Source: Escherichia phage ECML-183-2. From it: DNA of 64,000 nucleotides. The first letter of the stretch is position 1. Each line of letters begins with the position of its first letter. The DNA is taken from the sequence record OL631481.1; one strand, written 5' to 3'. The position numbers and the translations under genes are program-made. This document shows positions 44,889-53,680 of this stretch, piece after piece. The notes beneath the pieces were generated by a model, which had not been told where the DNA came from, did no database searches, and was given only the letters and a program-made list of their open reading frames with translations.

Positions 44889-44925
44889 CTCCTCACTTCT
44901 AGTTTAGCACGAAGGATATCTTAAG

Positions 44926-45111
44926 TCAACTAGGAATAATTTTATCCTTTTTGGTTTCATAACCAGTCCAATCTAAATCCTCCCAGCCTTCATCATCGTC
45001 TAACACATTGTCATCATCATAAGATGCAATGTTATAAATAGAACGTGGATTACAAGACATACAATCTTTAATAGGCACATGATGCCATTTGCACGGATTC
45101 TCACTAATCAT
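44926..45111 (-). CDS. small hypothetical protein
   Basis: 61 aa; GGAGGTG RBS; acidic C-terminal half. Confidence 0.45.
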   Translation of the reverse strand: MISENPCKWHHVPIKDCMSCNPRSIYNIASYDDDNVLDDDEGWEDLDWTGYETKKDKIIPS

Positions 45112-45590
45112 TGCACACCTCCATTCTTGTTAAGATGTTTCGTACTGTACTTCATACTGATCTATAGATCAAGTATTATTTATAATAATTTATTATTTTA
45201 TTTTTAATTGATAGAAGTTGATCTGTACGTACCAGTTCTGATACACTGTACCTGTTTGTTAGATCTAATAATTATTTATTATTAATATTTAATAATTATT
45301 AATCTAGTACGGAGTACAGTACTTGAGTACAGAGTACTACATCAACAACCTAAAACCTTAACTCGCTGCGCTCGTTAATAGATTTCTAGGGTAGCATACT
45401 TCGAAGACAAAAGTCAAGAGTTTTATTAAAATTATTTTCTGTGTGCAAAAACCTTGCTTAAACAGGTAGCAATAGTATAGTCTATAACATAAGCTTCATA
45501 AGAAGCTCGTAGAGCAAGTTAACTTACTAGGTAAGGTGATTTACATCTTATATATAAAAAGTGCGTCAGAGACGCGTTTAGGAGGCTAGA
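45112..45590. promoter_or_regulatory. AT-rich divergent control region with GTAC-containing iterated motifs and AT-rich inverted repeat
   Basis: Ten GTAC cores within about 200 bp including AGTACGGAGTACAGTACTTGAGTACAGAGTAC; imperfect inverted repeat about 45260-45310. Confidence 0.4.
45454..45481 (+). promoter_or_regulatory. sigma70-like promoter TTGCTT-N16-TATAGT
   Basis: Plus-strand hexamers upstream of first early ORF (45591). Confidence 0.3.
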
Positions 45591-45914
45591 ATGAGATTTA
45601 CAAGACAAGAGGTGGTTGTGCTGGACGAAGCAATGACAATGATCGTCTTTTACTACGAGGATATCTTCTGTGCAGCATATCATTTAAATGACATTCAGAT
45701 TGAATGGCAGCAGATAGCATTCTTGTTGGACAAGAGTAATCATTTAGATGGCTTTGAGTATTTGGAATGGGATGGTGCAAAGGAAGTTAAAATTGTAGGG
45801 TTAAATCACGATCAGATTGTTGACATGCAATGTAAGTTGTGTCATTATCAGTTCTCAAACAAAGTCAAACTCGAAAGGCAATTGGAGGTGGTTAAAGATG
45901 ATAGCACTAATTAG
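45591..45914 (+). CDS. hypothetical early protein
   Basis: 107 aa; AGGAGG RBS. Confidence 0.55.
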   Translation: MRFTRQEVVVLDEAMTMIVFYYEDIFCAAYHLNDIQIEWQQIAFLLDKSNHLDGFEYLEWDGAKEVKIVGLNHDQIVDMQCKLCHYQFSNKVKLERQLEVVKDDSTN

Positions 45915-46014
45915 TGAGAATCCAGTCCTTGCAACAATTGTTCTGATTTTTGCCTTATGTGTGGTTCACGATATTCTGGTAAGCTATTTTGACAATAAAG
46001 GAGGTAAGAAATGA
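45898..46014 (+). CDS. small membrane protein (38 aa, one TM helix)
   Basis: ATG at 45898 after GGAGGTG; hydrophobic core VLATIVLIFALCVV; overlaps upstream stop. Confidence 0.35.
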   Translation: MIALISENPVLATIVLIFALCVVHDILVSYFDNKGGKK

Positions 46015-46205
46015 AAGACGTTATTCAAATGGTATTCCGTGTAACTCTAGATGGTATACACGTTGTTAAAGGCACACAGAACTACACAGAAGCGAAAGAA
46101 CACTTCTTAGAGTGGATTGATACACTGAAGACACAAGATGTGTCCTACAGCCGTGTTACGCTTACTGGCGACCATACCCCAATCATGGAGTACGTAAAGA
46201 AATGA
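46011..46205 (+). CDS. hypothetical early protein
   Basis: 64 aa; start overlaps upstream stop. Confidence 0.5.
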   Translation: MKDVIQMVFRVTLDGIHVVKGTQNYTEAKEHFLEWIDTLKTQDVSYSRVTLTGDHTPIMEYVKK

Positions 46206-46441
46206 GCAACTATCCAATTACAGGCGTAACCTATTCTTGTGTAGCAAAAGGTGGTTTATATACGGTAGTGGAATTTCCAAAACCTGCCGGAATATCTAAA
46301 GTGTTTGATCCTGTGGTTATCTATGAAGATCTTAGAACAGGTCAACGTTACTGGAGATTTGTGAATGACTTTTTAGATCGTATGGAGGTAGTAAGTGGCG
46401 AAAACACCGAAGAAGTTATCAAAGCCAAAGAACGTTACTAA
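46202..46441 (+). CDS. hypothetical early protein
   Basis: 79 aa; ATGA overlap. Confidence 0.5.
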   Translation: MSNYPITGVTYSCVAKGGLYTVVEFPKPAGISKVFDPVVIYEDLRTGQRYWRFVNDFLDRMEVVSGENTEEVIKAKERY

Positions 46442-46748
46442 GAAACAGAAAAACGAGGTTCTCAAAGTAGCCAAATCAGTTCCTAAGAAAGATAAATTTG
46501 ATACGGAGGCATTCGTCTTTGACACACCAATCGAGAAGATTGAAGAAGCGTTGCAACGTCTTGAGGAGCAGGAGGCAGATCCAATGGCTGAACCACTCAC
46601 GGCAGACCAAATTTATTGGTGGGGAATATGGACTTTGCAACTACCAGAAGCAAAACGAAGAGGAATGACTTCAGTTCCTACTTGTGCAAAAGAAGCGGCT
46701 GTGTTAGGTTTGTATGAGAAATCTAAAAAGAGGAGCAAAAAGAAATGA
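46395..46748 (+). CDS. Lys-rich hypothetical protein (GTG start)
   Basis: GTG at 46395 preceded by GGAGGT; overlaps upstream gene by 47 nt; alternative internal ATG at 46584. Confidence 0.4.
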   Translation: MAKTPKKLSKPKNVTKKQKNEVLKVAKSVPKKDKFDTEAFVFDTPIEKIEEALQRLEEQEADPMAEPLTADQIYWWGIWTLQLPEAKRRGMTSVPTCAKEAAVLGLYEKSKKRSKKK

Positions 46749-47026
46749 TCAAGACTTTCCTGAAGTGTGTAAAAGCAACAGATAATGAGTGGTACTCTGG
46801 ATTATTCACGGCTGGCAAGAAATACGAGATCCTCAACGGGACAGGCAAGAAGTTTTCTCTCGTTGTAAACGATGAAGGTACGAAGCAAATGGTATTTGCT
46901 GAAAGTTCTGTTTATGGTATTTTTGAAGTAGTGCAAGAAGGCTCTCCAATGATTCTGGAGTATCATGGCACTAATAAACCATATACTGCTATGGATGTTA
47001 TCAACAACAAGAGGAATGCAAAATGA
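46745..47026 (+). CDS. hypothetical early protein
   Basis: 93 aa; ATGA overlap. Confidence 0.5.
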   Translation: MIKTFLKCVKATDNEWYSGLFTAGKKYEILNGTGKKFSLVVNDEGTKQMVFAESSVYGIFEVVQEGSPMILEYHGTNKPYTAMDVINNKRNAK

Positions 47027-47205
47027 TTTTACTCTATTCAGGTAAGGCGAAATACATGCAAGGTGTTAAACGCGTAGAGGTTACTAAGACAGTAACAATC
47101 GGAAAATCCTTTATAGTCTATTATTTCATTATTAATGGGAAGGAGTATGTTGTAGCAAAGACCTTGGTTGATAATGGTAAAACGTGGAAAGTGGAGGCAC
47201 TATGA
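47023..47205 (+). CDS. hypothetical early protein
   Basis: 60 aa; ATGA overlap. Confidence 0.45.
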   Translation: MILLYSGKAKYMQGVKRVEVTKTVTIGKSFIVYYFIINGKEYVVAKTLVDNGKTWKVEAL

Positions 47206-47408
47206 TCCCTGTAGCTGGGTGGGTGGTATTGGCAACACTCAATGGGAATGTTACTGTGGAGACTAAAACCATCTTCAAAGCACCAGAAGATTGCTATAAC
47301 TCTTTGGTAACTTGGCCTCATGATACGGATGATAAGGCAGAGTATCAGTGTTTTTACATTGAGGGTAATCCTGTAGAATTTGAGGTTAAAGTGAAGGAGG
47401 AAAAATGA
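47202..47408 (+). CDS. hypothetical early protein (start revised)
   Basis: ATG at 47202 after GGAGG, overlapping upstream TGA. Confidence 0.45.
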   Translation: MIPVAGWVVLATLNGNVTVETKTIFKAPEDCYNSLVTWPHDTDDKAEYQCFYIEGNPVEFEVKVKEEK

Positions 47409-47875
47409 GAATTAAAGTAACTAAAGCTTACGATGATAACCCGAAGTTTATCTCTTTGAATAAGAGTTATGGTGTAGAAAACGGCGATGAGTTCGAGGTT
47501 ATCGATCTTTTTGAAGACCACGGTTATATTGTCAAAGCCCCAATCACAGAGCAGGCTATTATCATCTTACGCACAGAGGCTGTTGAGGTAGGTTCTGATG
47601 AGCCTCAATATGACAGCCCATACATGACAGAGTGGATCGTAGCTGTGGATGTTGGAGGTATGGTTTCTGTACTGAAAGCTCCTAATCTCCATCCTGGTTT
47701 TACAGAGAACGGTAAGACAGCTTTGGATTATGGGTTGCCAGAAGATGTTGAGAATACACCGCCAGGTATGTACCGTTGGATTTGCTCTTTCCATGAAGAG
47801 AAGGATTGGGAATCAGGGCTTGTAGATGATTGGCATTTTGAAGTGGAGAGTTCTTTTTTAATCATGCCAGCTTAG
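47405..47875 (+). CDS. hypothetical early protein
   Basis: 156 aa. Confidence 0.5.
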   Translation: MRIKVTKAYDDNPKFISLNKSYGVENGDEFEVIDLFEDHGYIVKAPITEQAIIILRTEAVEVGSDEPQYDSPYMTEWIVAVDVGGMVSVLKAPNLHPGFTENGKTALDYGLPEDVENTPPGMYRWICSFHEEKDWESGLVDDWHFEVESSFLIMPA

Positions 47876-47885
47876 AGGAGGTTAT

Positions 47886-48230
47886 ATGAAAGTTTGGATA
47901 GATGATATGCGGAACCCAGCCGACTATGGACAGGAAGATGCAATTTGGTTTAAAACGTCACAAGAAGCTATGGCTTTTCTCAATGATCCTGCTAAACTGT
48001 ATCGAAGAGTAACCGAGTGGTCTTTTGACAATGATTTAGGTATGGAGTCAGACCAAGATGGGTATGATGTTTTCCTGTACCTGGAAGAACTTCTGGCGTT
48101 TGGTAAACCTTGCTTTGGTTCACCCACCATTTTCGTGCATACTTCTAATCCCGCCGCTGGGGATAAATTCATGCTTGCAAAAGAATCCATGCTGCGTTAT
48201 GGTATTAAAATGATTCGTGTGCACTATTAA
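47886..48230 (+). CDS. hypothetical early protein
   Basis: 114 aa; GAGGAGG RBS. Confidence 0.5.
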   Translation: MKVWIDDMRNPADYGQEDAIWFKTSQEAMAFLNDPAKLYRRVTEWSFDNDLGMESDQDGYDVFLYLEELLAFGKPCFGSPTIFVHTSNPAAGDKFMLAKESMLRYGIKMIRVHY

Positions 48231-48239
48231 GGAGAGAAC

Positions 48240-48383
48240 ATGCATCATTCGGTTTGGTCGGAACAAGAAGAGGACGAAGGTTACTTTATCTACCGAGAAG
48301 AAGAGGATTGGCCCGACACAAGTAATGATCTTTTACTTCCAGATACTAGTTTTATCGAGGATAACTTAAGAGAGGAGGATTAG
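48240..48383 (+). CDS. small acidic hypothetical protein (47 aa)
   Basis: ATG after AAGGAGAG; below ORF-track cutoff. Confidence 0.3.
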   Translation: MHHSVWSEQEEDEGYFIYREEEDWPDTSNDLLLPDTSFIEDNLREED

Positions 48384-48389
48384 GAAACA

Positions 48390-48746
48390 ATGAGTGGTAT
48401 TGAAAACAATATTTGTTACCAACCTCTTACCTGGATTGGTGAGGGTCATTATGCGCAACGTGTTATCGTCTGTGCTGCGAATAAGTATATTTTGAATAAT
48501 GGTGAAGAGTTAATTATTCCTTGTGTTCGACATGCAAATCCTGTACTATATGCACAGTTAAGCGTGTTGAAAGAAGCAGGTGTAATCAACAAAACTTTGT
48601 GCACACCAGATAATCAAGGCTTTATCGATCAGTATTACAATTGGTGGAGTCGTGCGGATGCTTACGTCATCGCGGAAAATGCTGACCAGATCGACCATGA
48701 GCGTAATGGTCACGACCATGAATTATTTAGCGAGGGATTATACTAA
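48390..48746 (+). CDS. hypothetical early protein
   Basis: 118 aa; GAGGAGGA RBS. Confidence 0.5.
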   Translation: MSGIENNICYQPLTWIGEGHYAQRVIVCAANKYILNNGEELIIPCVRHANPVLYAQLSVLKEAGVINKTLCTPDNQGFIDQYYNWWSRADAYVIAENADQIDHERNGHDHELFSEGLY

Positions 48747-49297
48747 TGTTTATTACAAGCGATTTGCATTTTATGCATAAACGTATTCGAGAGTTTGCTC
48801 CTGAATATCGTCCGTGGGAAGATATGGACCACATGACAGAAGCCTTGATCGAAGCATGGAACAAATGTGCTACTACTCCTGGTGTTAAGATGTGGCATTT
48901 GGGCGACTTCTGTTTCGGAACTGAAGAAGATACCCGTAAAATTGCTTCCCGTCTCCAAGGAGATATCACCTACTGTGTTGGGAACCATGACTACAGCAAA
49001 CACCGAGAAGTGCTTGCAGAGTATGGAGAAGTGGTGTATTATGACGAAGTGAAATATCAGAAGCTGTTCTTCGTCTTAAGCCATTACCCTATGGCCTCCT
49101 GGAATAAACAAGGTCGTGGATCAATCATGCTACACGGGCATTCCCACGGATCTTTCCCTGATGAAGCTTATGGTAAAATGTTAGATGTGGGTTGGGATGC
49201 ACACGGAAAAATCTTGCATTTTGATGAGATAATTTCTATGATGAGTAAACGAGATATCGTGACTGTAGACCATCACAAAATAATCAAAGGAGAGTAA
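48746..49297 (+). CDS. calcineurin-like metallophosphoesterase
   Basis: Motifs D-x-H (SDLHF), GD (HLGDF), GNHD (VGNHDY), GHSHG in canonical order. Confidence 0.6.
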   Translation: MFITSDLHFMHKRIREFAPEYRPWEDMDHMTEALIEAWNKCATTPGVKMWHLGDFCFGTEEDTRKIASRLQGDITYCVGNHDYSKHREVLAEYGEVVYYDEVKYQKLFFVLSHYPMASWNKQGRGSIMLHGHSHGSFPDEAYGKMLDVGWDAHGKILHFDEIISMMSKRDIVTVDHHKIIKGE

Positions 49298-49298
49298 T

Positions 49299-50231
49299 GT
49301 GACTAAATTTAATTGCGACGATTTGGTTGAAAAAGGTTTAGTTCATAAGAAAACATATAAAGAAGGAGAGTATTCTGGTCTATCTGTTCTTAAGTATAAG
49401 AACAAAGTTTTCTGGGATAACTTATGGAGCATTGATTCTCGTCTTCTAGAATGTCGCGGAATCGTTGTTGATGCTGATGACAATGTTGTTATTTGGCCTT
49501 TCACTAAGATTTTTAATCGTTTTGAGAATGGCACAGATCTACCAGCGGATGAACTTGTAGATGTGGTTCGTAAAGTAAATGGTTTTATGGCCTCTGTAGG
49601 TGTATATAAAGGTCAACTTATTGTATCGACAACAGGAAGCCTTGAATCAGATTTTGCAAGTATTGCAAAGAATCATATTGTTTCAGAGTGTGATGACATA
49701 GAACATTTCATCAAATGGACAGAGAGTGCAAAAGCAACTTTCCTTTTTGAAATCTGCGATCCTTCTGATCCGCATATTGTCGAAGAAGAACCAGGTGCAT
49801 ACTTAATTGGTGCCAGAATTCAAAATCCTGATGGGACAAGTTTTATGTTACCTGAAGGTGCTCTTGATGGAATTGCTTCTGTCACCAAATTTAAGCGTCC
49901 TGAAGTTCATTCGATGGTTAAGTTTTCAGATGTTGTTGAAATGTCTAAACATTGTAAACACGAAGGGTTTGTAGTTCGTGAAACAAACTATCCGTTCAAC
50001 TTGCTTTTAAAAATTAAATCACCACACTATCTTACTAAGAAGTTTCTTATGCGTGGTGGAGATAAAAAGTGGGATCTGATTTGGGATAATCCAAAAAATG
50101 CCAAACAAATTGTTGACGAAGAATATTACGCTTTGTTAGAATGGATTCGAAATAATTTTACGAAGACTCAATGGGCTGCTTTAAATCAGCAAGAGCGACG
50201 TGAAAAAATCGAAAACTTCTTTGGGGGATAA
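49299..50231 (+). CDS. rnlA: RNA ligase 1-like (T4 RnlA-like) covalent nucleotidyltransferase
   Basis: Motif I KVNG, motif IV EGFVVRE, motif V LLLKIK; N-terminal LLECRGIVVD resembles T4 Rnl1 ALECRGIMFE from memory. Confidence 0.6.
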   Translation: MTKFNCDDLVEKGLVHKKTYKEGEYSGLSVLKYKNKVFWDNLWSIDSRLLECRGIVVDADDNVVIWPFTKIFNRFENGTDLPADELVDVVRKVNGFMASVGVYKGQLIVSTTGSLESDFASIAKNHIVSECDDIEHFIKWTESAKATFLFEICDPSDPHIVEEEPGAYLIGARIQNPDGTSFMLPEGALDGIASVTKFKRPEVHSMVKFSDVVEMSKHCKHEGFVVRETNYPFNLLLKIKSPHYLTKKFLMRGGDKKWDLIWDNPKNAKQIVDEEYYALLEWIRNNFTKTQWAALNQQERREKIENFFGG

Positions 50232-50636
50232 ATGAAACAACTTATCATTTTACGTGGCGTTTCAGGTGCTGGTAAATCTACGGTAGCAGAAATTATTTCT
50301 GAAGGTTATTGGCCTATCTGTGAGGCAGATCAATATCATTACACAGAAAGTGGTGTTTACGATTGGAAGCCAGAAAATGTAGGTAAAGCACACGCATGGT
50401 GTCAGAGTATTGTTCGTGATGCTATGAAATCTGATCTTAAAAAGATTATTGTTTCTAACACTTCAACCACAGAGAAAGAACTTAAACCTTATTTAACTCT
50501 TGCTGAAGAGTTTGGTTATCAAGTTATCTCTTTAGTTGTTGAAAATAGACACGGTAACGATTCAATTCACGAGGTTCCACAACATATTCGTGATCAACAA
50601 GAGAAACGTCTTCGTGGTTCACTTAAACTTCAATAA
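50232..50636 (+). CDS. pnk: polynucleotide 5'-kinase (T4 Pnk kinase-domain-like, no phosphatase domain)
   Basis: MKQLIILRGVSGAGKSTVA closely parallels T4 Pnk MKKIILTIGCPGSGKSTWA from memory; only 134 aa. Confidence 0.65.
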   Translation: MKQLIILRGVSGAGKSTVAEIISEGYWPICEADQYHYTESGVYDWKPENVGKAHAWCQSIVRDAMKSDLKKIIVSNTSTTEKELKPYLTLAEEFGYQVISLVVENRHGNDSIHEVPQHIRDQQEKRLRGSLKLQ

Positions 50637-50645
50637 GGAGAGATA

Positions 50646-50972
50646 ATGCAAATTTATACAGATGATCGTAAATATGAGACAATTTTAGACGAAGATACTG
50701 GACGAATTACCGTTCTCCGTCACGGTGAAGAGTGGCGTGATGAAACTGGGGATAACTATATCTTATCTCTGATTCATCTTATTGAACAAATGCGTGATGA
50801 TTACGCTGAACTGCATTATGAAAATGAGGCGAATAAAGTAAAATTTGAAAATGAATTAGAAGAGAAAGAATCAGAAATGGTATATCTAAAAGAAGAGATC
50901 TCCCGTTTGGAGGAAGAGATTGATGCTCTTCAGGAAGAGATTTACGAACTCAACAACGAACTGAACTCTTAA
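50646..50972 (+). CDS. coiled-coil hypothetical protein
   Basis: 108 aa; Glu/Leu-rich heptad segment. Confidence 0.5.
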   Translation: MQIYTDDRKYETILDEDTGRITVLRHGEEWRDETGDNYILSLIHLIEQMRDDYAELHYENEANKVKFENELEEKESEMVYLKEEISRLEEEIDALQEEIYELNNELNS

Positions 50973-50981
50973 GGAGAGATT

Positions 50982-51173
50982 ATGAAAAAAGATATCGTTG
51001 TTGTTGGTTGGCTGACTTGCCCTTGTGGTAGTAATGACATAACTGTAAACACAGAGGGTGATAAAAATTATTTATTCTACGGTGATAAAATCACTTGCAA
51101 TACCTGCGGACGTGTTGGTATTATAGAAACCGATGATTGCTGCGTTTTTGAATCTTGGGATGAAGATGAATGA
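50982..51173 (+). CDS. zinc-ribbon-like hypothetical protein
   Basis: 63 aa; CPCG...CNTCG Cys pairs. Confidence 0.45.
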   Translation: MKKDIVVVGWLTCPCGSNDITVNTEGDKNYLFYGDKITCNTCGRVGIIETDDCCVFESWDEDE

Positions 51174-51391
51174 GTACTGCATTTTATGTTCGTAGCGGGG
51201 ACGAGGATTTTCTAGCTACTTTTGATGACGGTGATCTTGAAGATATGTATGAAGATATGCTTGACTATGCCAAAGGGCAAGGTTTCACAAGCATTGATTA
51301 TATGTTGGCAACATCTACAACGTTACTCGACGCAGATTTGGATGAAGTGTGTAACAGATTGAAAATTTCAGTTTTTAAATGGGAGGACTAA
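51170..51391 (+). CDS. acidic hypothetical protein
   Basis: 73 aa; ATGA overlap. Confidence 0.45.
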   Translation: MSTAFYVRSGDEDFLATFDDGDLEDMYEDMLDYAKGQGFTSIDYMLATSTTLLDADLDEVCNRLKISVFKWED

Positions 51392-52506
51392 TGCAACAAA
51401 CAAATCAAACGCTGTATGGTAAAGATTCAAAAGGAAAACTTAAACAGTGGACAGTGTATACAGATGGTGCAGTTGTTACTGTAGCTCATGGAAGGGTAGG
51501 TGGAAAAATCACAGAAAAATCTTATACAGCAGAAGCAAAAAACATTGGTCGTTCCAATGAAACAACACCGGAAGAACAAGCTGAACTTGAAGCTTTTGCC
51601 AAATGGACAAAACAGTTAAAGAATGGCTATTATAAAACAAAAGAAGAAGCTGAAAACCATGTTCCTTCCACACCAATGAAATGCCAGGATTATAAAGATT
51701 ATCCTGAAAAGGTTGTGTTCCCTGGTTATGCACAATACAAACTGAACGGGTTACGTTCTATGATTAACATGAAAGGGGAGTGTTTATCAAAAGCTGGGGA
51801 AGTGTATAACCTACCACCTCATTGGAAAGGTATTCCAAACTTTATTAGTGAAGTTGTTGGTCATCCTCTTGATGGTGAAGTGTTTGCTGGGTTAGGTGTC
51901 CTTAGTCTGCAACAAATTAACAGTGCTTGGAAGAAGCATAATGCAAATACACCTTTGCTGAATTATTACGTATACGATATTCCAGTTCCAGGCCTACCGT
52001 TTGAAAAACGTGTTGATGCTCTTGCTGCTCTTAAGGCAGTAGTTGAAGATTATGGTCTTGACGAGCTTATTTGTGTAGTTCATACAGAGTATATTGAAAA
52101 CCAAGAACAGTTTGATGCTTTCTATGAAAAAGCTTTACTTGAGAAAGCTGAAGGTGTAGTATATCGTAATGCTCACGGAGTTTACGAATTTGATAAACGT
52201 TCTTATGACGTTATTAAACGTAAGCCTCGCCACACCCTTGAAGTTAAAGTAACACATTCAAAAAGTGATAAAAATGGCGATGGAGTGTTGACAGGTGAGA
52301 TGGAAAATGGTAAAGTAGTCGAATTCTTAATGCGTAAAGATGCTCATGAGACTATCAATTATCGTAAAGCAGAGAATGCTTCTACCTTGATTAATCAGTT
52401 CGTTGAAATAGAGTATGAAGAATTTTCAGATGAAGGTATTCCAACAAAACCTGTTGGTGTTCGTATTCGAGAAATGATCCCAGGCACTTGGGAACCAGCA
52501 GAATAA
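51391..52506 (+). CDS. ATP-dependent ligase-family nucleotidyltransferase (probable DNA ligase)
   Basis: Motif I KLNGLR, motif IV EGVVYRN, motif V DVIKRK; ATG at 51391 overlaps upstream TAA (TAATG). Confidence 0.5.
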   Translation: MQQTNQTLYGKDSKGKLKQWTVYTDGAVVTVAHGRVGGKITEKSYTAEAKNIGRSNETTPEEQAELEAFAKWTKQLKNGYYKTKEEAENHVPSTPMKCQDYKDYPEKVVFPGYAQYKLNGLRSMINMKGECLSKAGEVYNLPPHWKGIPNFISEVVGHPLDGEVFAGLGVLSLQQINSAWKKHNANTPLLNYYVYDIPVPGLPFEKRVDALAALKAVVEDYGLDELICVVHTEYIENQEQFDAFYEKALLEKAEGVVYRNAHGVYEFDKRSYDVIKRKPRHTLEVKVTHSKSDKNGDGVLTGEMENGKVVEFLMRKDAHETINYRKAENASTLINQFVEIEYEEFSDEGIPTKPVGVRIREMIPGTWEPAE

Positions 52507-52515
52507 GGAGGAAAA

Positions 52516-52710
52516 ATGTTCTTAGCCATTTTAATCGTTTTCAGTGTGCTTTCTTTTTATTGTATGAATGCTTCTGAAAACTTTCCTAAGAATTCAAAGA
52601 AAAGAACCGTATGTGTTGCGATTGATTCATGTATGTCTGGAGTTGGGTATGCGGTAGTTTCTTGTTTCTTAGCTTATCATTGTGCAAAATACCTGGAGGC
52701 ATTTTTATGA
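52516..52710 (+). CDS. small membrane protein
   Basis: 64 aa; two hydrophobic segments; AAGGAGGA RBS. Confidence 0.45.
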   Translation: MFLAILIVFSVLSFYCMNASENFPKNSKKRTVCVAIDSCMSGVGYAVVSCFLAYHCAKYLEAFL

Positions 52711-52889
52711 TAATTTTAGCAACAATTCTTATGATGTTGATAGCAATTGCTATTATAATTCTGGCATCTTTTCCGGCGGATAAATGGTATTTCAATATTC
52801 CACGTATGCTTGTTTTCGGTTTCGCAGGGATTTACATGGGTGAGTCTGTAGCAAATATTAGCAACTTTCTAGAAAGCTATTTTAAATAA
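52707..52889 (+). CDS. small membrane protein (start revised)
   Basis: ATG at 52707 after GGAGGC; two hydrophobic helices. Confidence 0.45.
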   Translation: MIILATILMMLIAIAIIILASFPADKWYFNIPRMLVFGFAGIYMGESVANISNFLESYFK

Positions 52890-52898
52890 GGAGTTATA

Positions 52899-53624
52899 AT
52901 GATCGAGAATTTTTTTAAAGATATTAAATTCGATACTGAATTTTTCAAAAATGCAGCAAAGCACGTGATTGATTGGAATGCCAAAGCACGAGGTGGTGAA
53001 CAACCGGAATTCACTCAAGAGCTATTTATGTCCCAAATCGGGTTCGTTCGTGAAGAGCTTAAAGAGTATGAAACAGCCGCGAAAGTAAACGATCATGTAG
53101 AACTCTTGGATGCAGCAGCGGATATTTTTGTAGTATCCAGTTATCTGACCTACATGTTCTTTGGTGAAGAACATACGATGAATTTCTTGGACTATGCTGT
53201 AGGCGATGTTTTTACTCCAACTGTGTATACTGATTTTGATGCTTTGGAACAAACATTTACAGAGCCAGTTCAAATGGCACTAATGGCTGCTGGTATTATG
53301 CGTATGTCTCGTGACACTCTAATCCGTTCAAAATATCCAGAAAAGAAAGTTATTAAAGAGGTATTGAAAAGTAATGATTCCAAGTATCCAACTAAACAAC
53401 AGTTGCTGAAAACTTGGAAAACTTCGGATATCGATTCAGCCATTGCACAAGAATGCGCTGCAATTGAAGAACGAAATGCCAATCGTCCAGAAGGGGCATA
53501 CACTGGTGTTCATGCTGTTTATAATGAAAAACAGAAAGTGTATGTGTTCTTTGATGATAAAGGTAAGATCATGAAACCATCGACCTTTGTCAAACCTAAT
53601 ATTGCAGGTATTATTAATAAGTAA
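52899..53624 (+). CDS. MazG-like nucleotide pyrophosphohydrolase domain protein
   Basis: REELKEYETAAKVNDHVELLDAAADIFV resembles the all-alpha NTP-PPase EExxE...D signature. Confidence 0.45.
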   Translation: MIENFFKDIKFDTEFFKNAAKHVIDWNAKARGGEQPEFTQELFMSQIGFVREELKEYETAAKVNDHVELLDAAADIFVVSSYLTYMFFGEEHTMNFLDYAVGDVFTPTVYTDFDALEQTFTEPVQMALMAAGIMRMSRDTLIRSKYPEKKVIKEVLKSNDSKYPTKQQLLKTWKTSDIDSAIAQECAAIEERNANRPEGAYTGVHAVYNEKQKVYVFFDDKGKIMKPSTFVKPNIAGIINK

Positions 53625-53680
53625 TGTTGTAAGCCGCCCTTTATGGGCGGTAATGTGAGATGTATTAAATAGGAGGAAAC

